From: Nemertoderma westbladi
Lineage: Eukaryota > Animalia > Xenacoelomorpha
Reading direction: 5' to 3'
Assembly: GCA_032718475.1 (NCBI GenBank)
Contig: JAUCBJ010009099.1
Span: forward strand, 1-64,000
Length of the DNA stretch: 64,000 nucleotides
The stretch's first letter is position 1. Every line of letters begins with the position of its first letter. The notes beneath the pieces were generated by a model. It was not told the origin of the DNA, made no database searches, and saw only the letters and a program-made list of their open reading frames with translations. Positions 12,257 through 24,629 of the stretch are shown piece after piece. The position numbers and the translations under genes were made by a program.

Positions 12257-13182
12257 TCACTGGTTGCAATATAAAGCAATGTATGGGAGAATCTTTTAGG
12301 CTCGTTAAGCCAAGGAGTGCCTGTTCACCACCACGGGTGATCTTCCACAGTAAACCCTTCTACTCCCCAAATATAAATGAATGAATATAATACTAGAGAC
12401 GGCGTCAAGACGCGTTAAGCAAGTCGGAAGTCATGAATCAAATGTAAATTCCATCAACAATGTTTACATGGTCAGAAGGGAAGTGTTATTTACCTATGGT
12501 CAAAGAGATATCCCACTCTGTAACTTGACAATTGCTCAAATCCATTCACCTGAATGGCACAGTAGAGTAAACTATTCAAACTATAATGTTAGCCTATGGA
12601 GAATCATATGTGGCTGATTAAACATACACTTTTATAAACATGCAGTCTCCACAGTATTAATGTTGGTATTAATGTAGCCAACACATTGTGTACCTAACAG
12701 TCATTCAGCAGTAAATTAGAAGAGTGAGTAACTTGTAGATTTTCCATAGGACGCATTGGGAAGAGTTATTCAGCTGAGGCGGTAATAGATTGCAAACTAA
12801 ACCAACCAGTTGGCAGCCTCATCGATTTATACTAAGCCTGTGTAGAACCACAAACTAAACCATCCAGTAATGTTTGCTTTGCCAGAGAGTGGTAGGGTCT
12901 AAACAAACAGTATGGGTGTACTAAGTACAATAATCTTGCCTTTCCTTATAGCCTACTAGTAAAACTTGGCAACCAACACGTTTTACTATGACTGTGTATA
13001 CAGTAATTCTGACATTATTAAGCCATATTTCATCATGAACACCAGCTGTTATTTTACCATTGCTTTTAATTTCGCGACAAAATAATGTCAAAAAACTAAA
13101 TATATCGAATACCACACATAGAATCGATCTGAAAATTTGTAACGCGATTATGAACCACCAAAGCAATGTACTTGCAAACTTT

Positions 13183-13358
13183 CAGTCAGTCAGTCAGTCA
13201 GTCAGTCAGTCAGTCAGTCAGTCAGTCAGTCAGTCAGTCAGTCAGTCAGTCAGTCAGTCAGTCAGTCAGTCAGTCAGTCAGTCAGTCAGTCAGTCAGTCA
13301 GTCAGTCAGTCAGTCAGTCAGTCAGTCAGTCAGTCAGTCAGTCAGTCAGTTAGTCAGT
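13183..13358. repeat. (CAGT)n microsatellite, about 44 copies
   Basis: Directly visible. Confidence 0.98.
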
Positions 13359-13391
13359 GTTATTCTTACAGTAATCAAGTCTAACGACTTG

Positions 13392-14100
13392 CTAATAATA
13401 CTGCTACTATCGGCATGCTATCTGCATCTGTTATCTGCATCTTCAAGGCCAGTGTCCTTTAAGATGCGTTGCGTCTCAAGAAGGTCATGGGTTGTCCACC
13501 ATCGGTATATTCTCGATGAGGCCGCCAAAGCACAAGATTGTGGACAGGCTGGTCATCACGGCGAAAGCAATGTCCTGCAAAGCGTTTCCGTTAAAGTTTC
13601 AAGATAGGGAAGACTAATGGAACACCTCCAGTGTTGTACAGAGTCTGATTGGAGATGTGTTCATTGTACTTGACACAATGAACCCGGCGCAGCATTCTTG
13701 TATAAGTGCAATCCAGAGATTTGGTATCCTCTGTAGTTAGAGCCCATCATGGACTCCCATATAAGAGTACTGGTACTACTGCTGCCCTAAATATATCGAA
13801 TCTTGAGATTCCGCTTTATTTTATGGGACTCCCAAATCCTGGACAGACTATTTAACGCTGCCCATCATGTCTTCCCCTTACGTATCCGAAGGTCTTGACT
13901 ATCGGATCCATGATCCTAAGTAGCAGAAGTCATCCACGTGCTCAATCAAGCCATCCCTGAAGCGATCAGCGAGCCCTTACGATCAGACATTTCTTTATGG
14001 CTGTCCAGGTTCACTATCACTGTCATAATTTTGGTCTACTTGGAGTTTGCAAAAAGACCAACACTAGAAGCAACCTGATCCAATGAGCAGAGGAGTCTTT
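13392..14100 (-). mobile_element. Antisense decayed LINE 3' fragment (same family as 2682-3054) in CFAP161 intron 3
   Basis: The reverse complement of 13440-13590 matches 2787-2935 (cgctttgcaggacattgctttcgccgtg...gacactggcctt). Confidence 0.8.
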
Positions 14101-14377
14101 GGGTTCCCTCTAGTGCGCAGTCTAGATCAGTAAGGTACTTTACTGGAGTTCCTCTACTGTACTTCTTGTGTGTATGTGCGCAGTCTAGATCAGTAAGGTA
14201 CTTTACTGGAGTTCCTCTACTACTGTACTTGATTTGTATATGAAATGATTAAATTGGCGTATGAAGTAATTGAAGTAATATGAAGTAATGAAGTAAATAT
14301 GAAGTAAATATGAAGTAATAGCATAATTTAATCGTATAATTTAATCCATTTACACGTAAGTTTTATTTCACCGGCAG

Positions 14378-14612
14378 ATGCGAATATTTTGACCCGTTAT
14401 TACGTCCGGAATACGAGGGGATGTCGGTAAAGGTGAATACAAAGTTAATAATCCGACACGCTAAAACTGGGAACGCCTTGAGTGTAAACGGGGACAAAGC
14501 CATGGAAGGGACCGACTGTTCCGAGTACCCAGCCACTGCGCTCACCCAGCTGGATAGCCATAAAGCCGAGAAACCAACCAATCACTGGGCCCTGGTCATG
14601 GAAACATCCTAG
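14378..14612 (+). CDS. CFAP161: CFAP161 exon 4 (terminal)
   Basis: Acceptor ccggcag|A. Translation CEYFDPLLRPEYEGMSVKVNTKLIIRHAKTG...LDSHKAEKPTNHWALV matches the CFAP161 motifs DP.LR.EYEG and LDSH..EKP.NHW. Stop TAG at 14610-14612. Confidence 0.88.
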
Positions 14613-15619
14613 ATGTACGGTAACTAACCAGTCATAATGCCGTCACAAACTCTGCCGAAGACTTTACAATGCCGCATGTTATACCTAAATACTGTACATG
14701 TATTTTTATTGGCCTAATTAGTATTGTCAATATTATATATTACGTTAAATTAATATATTATTTTGTGAACATAGTATGTATCGTTAGTTAAACCGTATTG
14801 GCACCGTTTGCGCCAATATCCCCCCCCCCCCCCCCCCGGTCCTTGGACACCGCACGACTCACACCCCTACGTAAAGAGAAGCGTTAAAGCGTAAAGTTGC
14901 GTTTTACAACAAAGCGCGTAACTTGAGATATATTATATCTCTTTAATAGTTGAAATTAGTAAAAACGAGACAAATATCAGATTTAGTTTGTAAGATAATA
15001 ATAATAATAATAATATGGTATCATAGGGCTATGAATGCACATACAAGTACAAGTGACATATCTTGTTGAATGCTCTTCTGAAGAAAACTTTAACCATAAA
15101 TGCAACCAATACACCAAGGTGGAACCCTGACACCAATAATAAATTATAACCTTTAACGAGATTTGCAAGATGAAAAATTAGGTGTGAAAATTTTTTTGCA
15201 AGTTAACCGAATTATCAAAAAATAACCGAACTATAAAAATACCTCGAATTATTATTCGAAGGAAAATACGCGTTAGTGTAAGATCACTGGCTTCGTTTTT
15301 TAGTAAATAATATTATTATGACGGATTTCAATGTAAACCATTATTATGTGTAACCATATATTCAATCCAACTATCTACCTATTACGTATCTAAGTAAGAG
15401 CTAAAGAGTCTAACAATAATACGGAGTAATCAAGTAAAAGTCCCCCCAAACTCCCAGCCCCAATTATAGCTGGTGATCTCCTTCGATTTAGTCTTAGAAA
15501 CGTCTTTAAAATTTCTACAAATCAAACAACATAACATTTTACAACTACGTTTATAAGACCGGCCTGCAGCAACATACATAACAATAAAAATATGGTATTT
15601 ACTATGGATAGGAAGCCTA

Positions 15620-15740
15620 ACAGAATGTGTTGTCTTGGAAACACAGCCGGGAATTTTGAAGGACCTTCCATGAATTTTCGATATCCAAGGACCAGCTTGT
15701 CTGCATATACCGTGTAGCGTAGTTGATTTGAAGTTTGTAA
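15620..15740 (-). pseudogene. Possible degenerate P2X7-C-terminal/KolX-like transposon gene fragment
   Basis: With one frameshift it reads SNQLRYTVY / RQAGPWISKIHGRSFKIPGCVS, resembling the RYxAYRQ...W...G....IPxCV motif. The similarity is weak and recalled. Confidence 0.3.
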
Positions 15741-15861
15741 ACTATCCAAATTTATTTCCGCTAATATATAATATTATATTTTGGATGGTGCCTGCACCGA
15801 ATAGACCACCGTATAGTCATGGGCTACAAATAAAGTATTATCATAACATTTAAAGGCAGTC

Positions 15862-18800
15862 AGGAGGGGTAAAAAAAACACATACAACTAGAAAGAAGGT
15901 GTAAACAACACATACAACTAGAAATAAGGTGTAAAAAACACATACAACTAGAAAGAAGGTGTAAAAAACACATACAACTATAAAGAAGGTGTAAAAAAAC
16001 ACATACAACTAGAAAGAAGGTNNNNNNNNNNNNNNNNNNNNNNNNNNNNNNNNNNNNNNNNNNNNNNNNNNNNNNNNNNNNNNNNNNNNNNNNNNNNNNN
16101 NNNNNNNNNNNNNNNNNNNNNTAAAAAACACATACAACTAGAAAGAAGGTGTAAAAAACACATACAACTAGAAAGAAGGTGTAAAAAACACATACAACTA
16201 GAAAGAAGGTGTAAAAAACACATACAACTAGAAAGAAGGTGTAAAAAACACATACAACTAGAAAGAAGGTGTAAAAAACACATACAACTAGAAAGAAGGT
16301 GTAAAAAACACATACAACTAGAAAGAAGGTGTAAAAAACACATACAACTAGAAAGAAGGTGTAAAAAACACATACAACTAGAAAGAAGGTGTAAAAAACA
16401 CATACAACTAGAAAGAAGGTGTAAAAAACACATACAACTAGAAAGAAGGTGTAAAAAACACATACAACTAGAAAGAAGGTGTAAAAAACACATACAACTA
16501 GAAAGAAGGTGTAAAAAACACATACAACTAGAAAGAAGGTGTAAAAAACACATACAACTAGAAAGAAGGTGTAAAAAACACATACAACTAGAAAGAAGGT
16601 GTAAAAAACACATACAACTAGAAAGAAGGTGTAAAAAACACATACAACTAGAAAGAAGGTGTAAAAAACACATACAACTAGAAAGAAGGTGTAAAAAACA
16701 CATACAACTAGAAAGAAGGTGTAAAAAACACATACAACTAGAAAGAAGGTGTAAAAAACACATACAACTAGAAAGAAGGTGTAAAAAACACATACAACTA
16801 GAAAGAAGGTGTAAAAAACACATACAACTAGAAAGAAGGTGTAAAAAACACATACAACTAGAAAGAAGGTGTAAAAAACACATACAACTAGAAAGAAGGT
16901 GTAAAAAACACATACAACTAGAAAGAAGGTGTAAAAAACACATACAACTAGAAAGAAGGTGTAAAAAACACATACAACTAGAAAGAAGGTGTAAAAAACA
17001 CATACAACTAGAAAGAAGGTGTAAAAAACACATACAACTAGAAAGAAGGTGTAAAAAACACATACAACTAGAAAGAAGGTGTAAAAAACACATACAACTA
17101 GAAAGAAGGTGTAAAAAACACATACAACTAGAAAGAAGGTGTAAAAAACACATACAACTAGAAAGAAGGTGTAAAAAACACATACAACTAGAAAGAAGGT
17201 GTAAAAAACACATACAACTAGAAAGAAGGTGTAAAAAACACATACAACTAGAAAGAAGGTGTAAAAAACACATACAACTAGAAAGAAGGTGTAAAAAACA
17301 CATACAACTAGAAAGAAGGTGTAAAAAACACATACAACTAGAAAGAAGGTGTAAAAAACACATACAACTAGAAAGAAGGTGTAAAAAACACATACAACTA
17401 GAAAGAAGGTGTAAAAAACACATACAACTAGAAAGAAGGTGTAAAAAACACATACAACTAGAAAGAAGGTGTAAAAAACACATACAACTAGAAAGAAGGT
17501 GTAAAAAACACATACAACTAGAAAGAAGGTGTAAAAAACACATACAACTAGAAAGAAGGTGTAAAAAACACATACAACTAGAAAGAAGGTGTAAAAAACA
17601 CATACAACTAGAAAGAAGGTGTAAAAAACACATACAACTAGAAAGAAGGTGTAAAAAACACATACAACTAGAAAGAAGGTGTAAAAAACACATACAACTA
17701 GAAAGAAGGTGTAAAAAACACATACAACTAGAAAGAAGGTGTAAAAAACACATACAACTAGAAAGAAGGTGTAAAAAACACATACAACTAGAAAGAAGGT
17801 GTAAAAAACACATACAACTAGAAAGAAGGTGTAAAAAACACATACAACTAGAAAGAAGGTGTAAAAAACACATACAACTAGAAAGAAGGTGTAAAAAACA
17901 CATACAACTAGAAAGAAGGTGTAAAAAACACATACAACTAGAAAGAAGGTGTAAAAAACACATACAACTAGAAAGAAGGTGTAAAAAACACATACAACTA
18001 GAAAGAAGGTGTAAAAAACACATACAACTAGAAAGAAGGTGTAAAAAACACATACAACTAGAAAGAAGGTGTAAAAAACACATACAACTAGAAAGAAGGT
18101 GTAAAAAACACATACAACTAGAAAGAAGGTGTAAAAAACACATACAACTAGAAAGAAGGTGTAAAAAACACATACAACTAGAAAGAAGGTGTAAAAACAC
18201 ATACAACTAGAAAGAAGGTGTAAAAAACACATACAACTAGAAAGAAGGTGTAAAAAACACATACAACTAGAAAGAAGGTGTAAAAAACACATACAACTAG
18301 AAAGAAGGTGTAAAAAACACATACAACTAGAAAGAAGGTGTAAAAAACACATACAACTAGAAAGAAGGTGTAAAAAACACATACAACTAGAAAGAAGGTG
18401 TAAAAAACACATACAACTAGAAAGAAGGTGTAAAAAACACATACAACTAGAAAGAAGGTGTAAAAAACACATACAACTAGAAAGAAGGTGTAAAAAACAC
18501 ATACAACTAGAAAGAAGGTGTAAAAAACACATACAACTAGAAAGAAGGTGTAAAAAACACATACAACTAGAAAGAAGGTGTAAAAAACACATACAACTAG
18601 AAAGAAGGTGTAAAAAACACATACAACTAGAAAGAAGGTGTAAAAAACACATACAACTAGAAAGAAGGTGTAAAAACACATACAACTAGAAAGAAGGTGT
18701 AAAAAACACATACAACTAGAAAGAAGGTGTAAAAAACACATACAACTAGAAAGAAGGTGTAAAAAACACATACAACTAGAAAGAAGGTGTAAAAAACACA

Positions 18801-21800
18801 TACAACTAGAAAGAAGGTGTAAAAAACACATACAACTAGAAAGAAGGTGTAAAAAACACATACAACTAGAAAGAAGGTGTAAAAAACACATACAACTAGA
18901 AAGAAGGTGTAAAAACACATACAACTAGAAAGAAGGTGTAAAAAACACATACAACTAGAAAGAAGGTGTAAAAAACACATACAACTAGAAAGAAGGTGTA
19001 AAAAACACATACAACTAGAAAGAAGGTGTAAAAAACACATACAACTAGAAAGAAGGTGTAAAAAACACATACAACTAGAAAGAAGGTGTAAAAAACACAT
19101 ACAACTAGAAAGAAGGTGTAAAAAACACATACAACTAGAAAGAAGGTGTAAAAAACACATACAACTAGAAAGAAGGTGTAAAAAACACATACAACTAGAA
19201 AGAAGGTGTAAAAAACACATACAACTAGAAAGAAGGTGTAAAAAACACATACAACTAGAAAGAAGGTGTAAAAAACACATACAACTAGAAAGAAGGTGTA
19301 AAAAACACATACAACTAGAAAGAAGGTGTAAAAAACACATACAACTAGAAAGAAGGTGTAAAAACACATACAACTAGAAAGAAGGTGTAAAAACACATAC
19401 AACTAGAAAGAAGGTGTAAAAACACATACAACTAGAAAGAAGGTGTAAAAACACATACAACTAGAAAGAAGGTGTAAAAACACATACAACTAGAAAGAAG
19501 GTGTAAAAAACACATACAACTAGAAAGAAGGTGTAAAAACACATACAACTAGAAAGAAGGTGTAAAAACACATACAACTAGAAAGAAGGTGTAAAAACAC
19601 ATACAACTAGAAAGAAGGTGTAAAAAACACATACAACTAGAAAGAAGGTGTAAAAAACACATACAACTAGAAAGAAGGTGTAAAAAACACATACAACTAG
19701 AAAGAAGGTGTAAAAAACACATACAACTAGAAAGAAGGTGTAAAAAACACATACAACTAGAAAGAAGGTGTAAAAAACACATACAACTAGAAAGAAGGTG
19801 TAAAAAACACATACAACTAGAAAGAAGGTGTAAAAAACACATACAACTAGAAAGAAGGTGTAAAAAACACATACAACTAGAAAGAAGGTGTAAAAAACAC
19901 ATACAACTAGAAAGAAGGTGTAAAAAACACATACAACTAGAAAGAAGGTGTAAAAAACACATACAACTAGAAAGAAGGTGTAAAAAACACATACAACTAG
20001 AAAGAAGGTGTAAAAAACACATACAACTAGAAAGAAGGTGTAAAAAACACATACAACTAGAAAGAAGGTGTAAAAACACATACAACTAGAAAGAAGGTGT
20101 AAAAAACACATACAACTAGAAAGAAGGTGTAAAAAACACATACAACTAGAAAGAAGGTGTAAAAAACACATACAACTAGAAAGAAGGTGTAAAAACACAT
20201 ACAACTAGAAAGAAGGTGTAAAAACACATACAACTAGAAAGAAGGTGTAAAAACACATACAACTAGAAAGAAGGTGTAAAAACACATACAACTAGAAAGA
20301 AGGTGTAAAAAACACATACAACTAGAAAGAAGGTGTAAAAAACACATACAACTAGAAAGAAGGTGTAAAAAACACATACAACTAGAAAGAAGGTGTAAAA
20401 ACACATACAACTAGAAAGAAGGTGTAAAAAACACATACAACTAGAAAGAAGGTGTAAAAAACACATACAACTAGAAAGAAGGTGTAAAAAACACATACAA
20501 CTAGAAAGAAGGTGTAAAAAACACATACAACTAGAAAGAAGGTGTAAAAACACATACAACTAGAAAGAAGGTGTAAAAAACACATACAACTAGAAAGAAG
20601 GTGTAAAAAACACATACAACTAGAAAGAAGGTGTAAAAACACATACAACTAGAAAGAAGGTGTAAAAAACACATACAACTAGAAAGAAGGTGTAAAAAAC
20701 ACATACAACTAGAAAGAAGGTGTAAAAAACACATACAACTAGAAAGAAGGTGTAAAAAACACATACAACTAGAAAGAAGGTGTAAAAACACATACAACTA
20801 GAAAGAAGGTGTAAAAAACACATACAACTAGAAAGAAGGTGTAAAAAACACATACAACTAGAAAGAAGGTGTAAAAACACATACAACTAGAAAGAAGGTG
20901 TAAAAAACACATACAACTAGAAAGAAGGTGTAAAAAACACATACAACTAGAAAGAAGGTGTAAAAAACACATACAACTAGAAAGAAGGTGTAAAAACACA
21001 TACAACTAGAAAGAAGGTGTAAAAAACACATACAACTAGAAAGAAGGTGTAAAAACACATACAACTAGAAAGAAGGTGTAAAAAACACATACAACTAGAA
21101 AGAAGGTGTAAAAACACATACAACTAGAAAGAAGGTGTAAAAAACACATACAACTAGAAAGAAGGTGTAAAAACACATACAACTAGAAAGAAGGTGTAAA
21201 AAACACATACAACTAGAAAGAAGGTGTAAAAAACACATACAACTAGAAAGAAGGTGTAAAAAACACATACAACTAGAAAGAAGGTGTAAAAAACACATAC
21301 AACTAGAAAGAAGGTGTAAAAAACACATACAACTAGAAAGAAGGTGTAAAAAACACATACAACTAGAAAGAAGGTGTAAAAAACACATACAACTAGAAAG
21401 AAGGTGTAAAAAACACATACAACTAGAAAGAAGGTGTAAAAAACACATACAACTAGAAAGAAGGTGTAAAAACACATACAACTAGAAAGAAGGTGTAAAA
21501 ACACATACAACTAGAAAGAAGGTGTAAAAAACACATACAACTAGAAAGAAGGTGTAAAAACACATACAACTAGAAAGAAGGTGTAAAAACACATACAACT
21601 AGAAAGAAGGTGTAAAAAACACATACAACTAGAAAGAAGGTGTAAAAAACACATACAACTAGAAAGAAGGTGTAAAAAACACATACAACTAGAAAGAAGG
21701 TGTAAAAAACACATACAACTAGAAAGAAGGTGTAAAAACACATACAACTAGAAAGAAGGTGTAAAAAACACATACAACTAGAAAGAAGGTGTAAAAACAC

Positions 21801-24629
21801 ATACAACTAGAAAGAAGGTGTAAAAAACACATACAACTAGAAAGAAGGTGTAAAAAACACATACAACTAGAAAGAAGGTGTAAAAACACATACAACTAGA
21901 AAGAAGGTGTAAAAAACACATACAACTAGAAAGAAGGTGTAAAAAACACATACAACTAGAAAGAAGGTGTAAAAAACACATACAACTAGAAAGAAGGTGT
22001 AAAAAACACATACAACTAGAAAGAAGGTGTAAAAAACACATACAACTAGAAAGAAGGTGTAAAAAACACATACAACTAGAAAGAAGGTGTAAAAACACAT
22101 ACAACTAGAAAGAAGGTGTAAAAAACACATACAACTAGAAAGAAGGTGTAAAAAACACATACAACTAGAAAGAAGGTGTAAAAACACATACAACTAGAAA
22201 GAAGGTGTAAAAACACATACAACTAGAAAGAAGGTGTAAAAACACATACAACTAGAAAGAAGGTGTAAAAAACACATACAACTAGAAAGAAGGTGTAAAA
22301 AACACATACAACTAGAAAGAAGGTGTAAAAACACATACAACTAGAAAGAAGGTGTAAAAACACATACAACTAGAAAGAAGGTGTAAAAAACACATACAAC
22401 TAGAAAGAAGGTGTAAAAAACACATACAACTAGAAAGAAGGTGTAAAAAACACATACAACTAGAAAGAAGGTGTAAAAACACATACAACTAGAAAGAAGG
22501 TGTAAAAAACACATACAACTAGAAAGAAGGTGTAAAAAACACATACAACTAGAAAGAAGGTGTAAAAACACATACAACTAGAAAGAAGGTGTAAAAAACA
22601 CATACAACTAGAAAGAAGGTGTAAAAAACACATACAACTAGAAAGAAGGTGTAAAAACACATACAACTAGAAAGAAGGTGTAAAAACACATACAACTAGA
22701 AAGAAGGTGTAAAAACACATACAACTAGAAAGAAGGTGTAAAAAACACATACAACTAGAAAGAAGGTGTAAAAACACATACAACTAGAAAGAAGGTGTAA
22801 AAACACATACAACTAGAAAGAAGGTGTAAAAAACACATACAACTAGAAAGAAGGTGTAAAAACACATACAACTAGAAAGAAGGTGTAAAAAACACATACA
22901 ACTAGAAAGAAGGTGTAAAAACACATACAACTAGAAAGAAGGTGTAAAAAACACATACAACTAGAAAGAAGGTGTAAAAACACATACAACTAGAAAGAAG
23001 GTGTAAAAAACACATACAACTAGAAAGAAGGTGTAAAAACACATACAACTAGAAAGAAGGTGTAAAAAACACATACAACTAGAAAGAAGGTGTAAAAACA
23101 CATACAACTAGAAAGAAGGTGTAAAAAACACATACAACTAGAAAGAAGGTGTAAAAAACACATACAACTAGAAAGAAGGTGTAAAAAACACATACAACTA
23201 GAAAGAAGGTGTAAAAACACATACAACTAGAAAGAAGGTGTAAAAACACATACAACTAGAAAGAAGGTGTAAAAACACATACAACTAGAAAGAAGGTGTA
23301 AAAAACACATACAACTAGAAAGAAGGTGTAAAAACACATACAACTAGAAAGAAGGTGTAAAAAACACATACAACTAGAAAGAAGGTGTAAAAACACATAC
23401 AACTAGAAAGAAGGTGTAAAAAACACATACAACTAGAAAGAAGGTGTAAAAACACATACAACTAGAAAGAAGGTGTAAAAAACACATACAACTAGAAAGA
23501 AGGTGTAAAAAACACATACAACTAGAAAGAAGGTGTAAAAACACATACAACTAGAAAGAAGGTGTAAAAAACACATACAACTAGAAAGAAGGTGTAAAAA
23601 CACATACAACTAGAAAGAAGGTGTAAAAAACACATACAACTAGAAAGAAGGTGTAAAAACACATACAACTAGAAAGAAGGTGTAAAAAACACATACAACT
23701 AGAAAGAAGGTGTAAAAACACATACAACTAGAAAGAAGGTGTAAAAAACACATACAACTAGAAAGAAGGTGTAAAAACACATACAACTAGAAAGAAGGTG
23801 TAAAAAACACATACAACTAGAAAGAAGGTGTAAAAACACATACAACTAGAAAGAAGGTGTAAAAAACACATACAACTAGAAAGAAGGTGTAAAAACACAT
23901 ACAACTAGAAAGAAGGTGTAAAAAACACATACAACTAGAAAGAAGGTGTAAAAAACACATACAACTAGAAAGAAGGTGTAAAAACACATACAACTAGAAA
24001 GAAGGTGTAAAAAACACATACAACTAGAAAGAAGGTGTAAAAAACACATACAACTAGAAAGAAGGTGTAAAAAACACATACAACTAGAAAGAAGGTGTAA
24101 AAACACATACAACTAGAAAGAAGGTGTAAAAAACACATACAACTAGAAAGAAGGTGTAAAAAACACATACAACTAGAAAGAAGGTGTAAAAAACACATAC
24201 AACTAGAAAGAAGGTGTAAAAAACACATACAACTAGAAAGAAGGTGTAAAAACACATACAACTAGAAAGAAGGTGTAAAAAACACATACAACTAGAAAGA
24301 AGGTGTAAAAACACATACAACTAGAAAGAAGGTGTAAAAAACACATACAACTAGAAAGAAGGTGTAAAAACACATACAACTAGAAAGAAGGTGTAAAAAA
24401 ACACATACAACTAGAAAGAAGGGGTGAAAAACACATACAACTAGAAAGAAGGTATAAAAAACACATACAACTAGAAAGAAGGTGTAAAAAAACATACAAC
24501 TAGAAATAAGGTGTAAAAAAACACATACAACTAGAAAGAAGGTGTAAAAAAACATACAACTAGAAATAAGGTGTAAAAAAACACATACAACTAGAAAGAA
24601 GGTGTAAAAAACACATACAACTAGAAAGA
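15862..24629. repeat. 30/29-bp satellite GAAAGAAGGTGTA(5-6)CACATACAACTA, about 290 copies, containing a 100-N gap
   Basis: Almost invariant tandem unit. Variation is only A5 versus A6, except at the degenerate edges. True length is unknown because of the gap. Confidence 0.98.

Noticed and set aside
11457-12279. Cys/Tyr-rich minus-strand ORFs
   Set aside because: Translations of the 44-bp donor array on the antisense strand.
13060-13384. SVSQ-repeat ORFs
   Set aside because: Translation of the (CAGT)n microsatellite.
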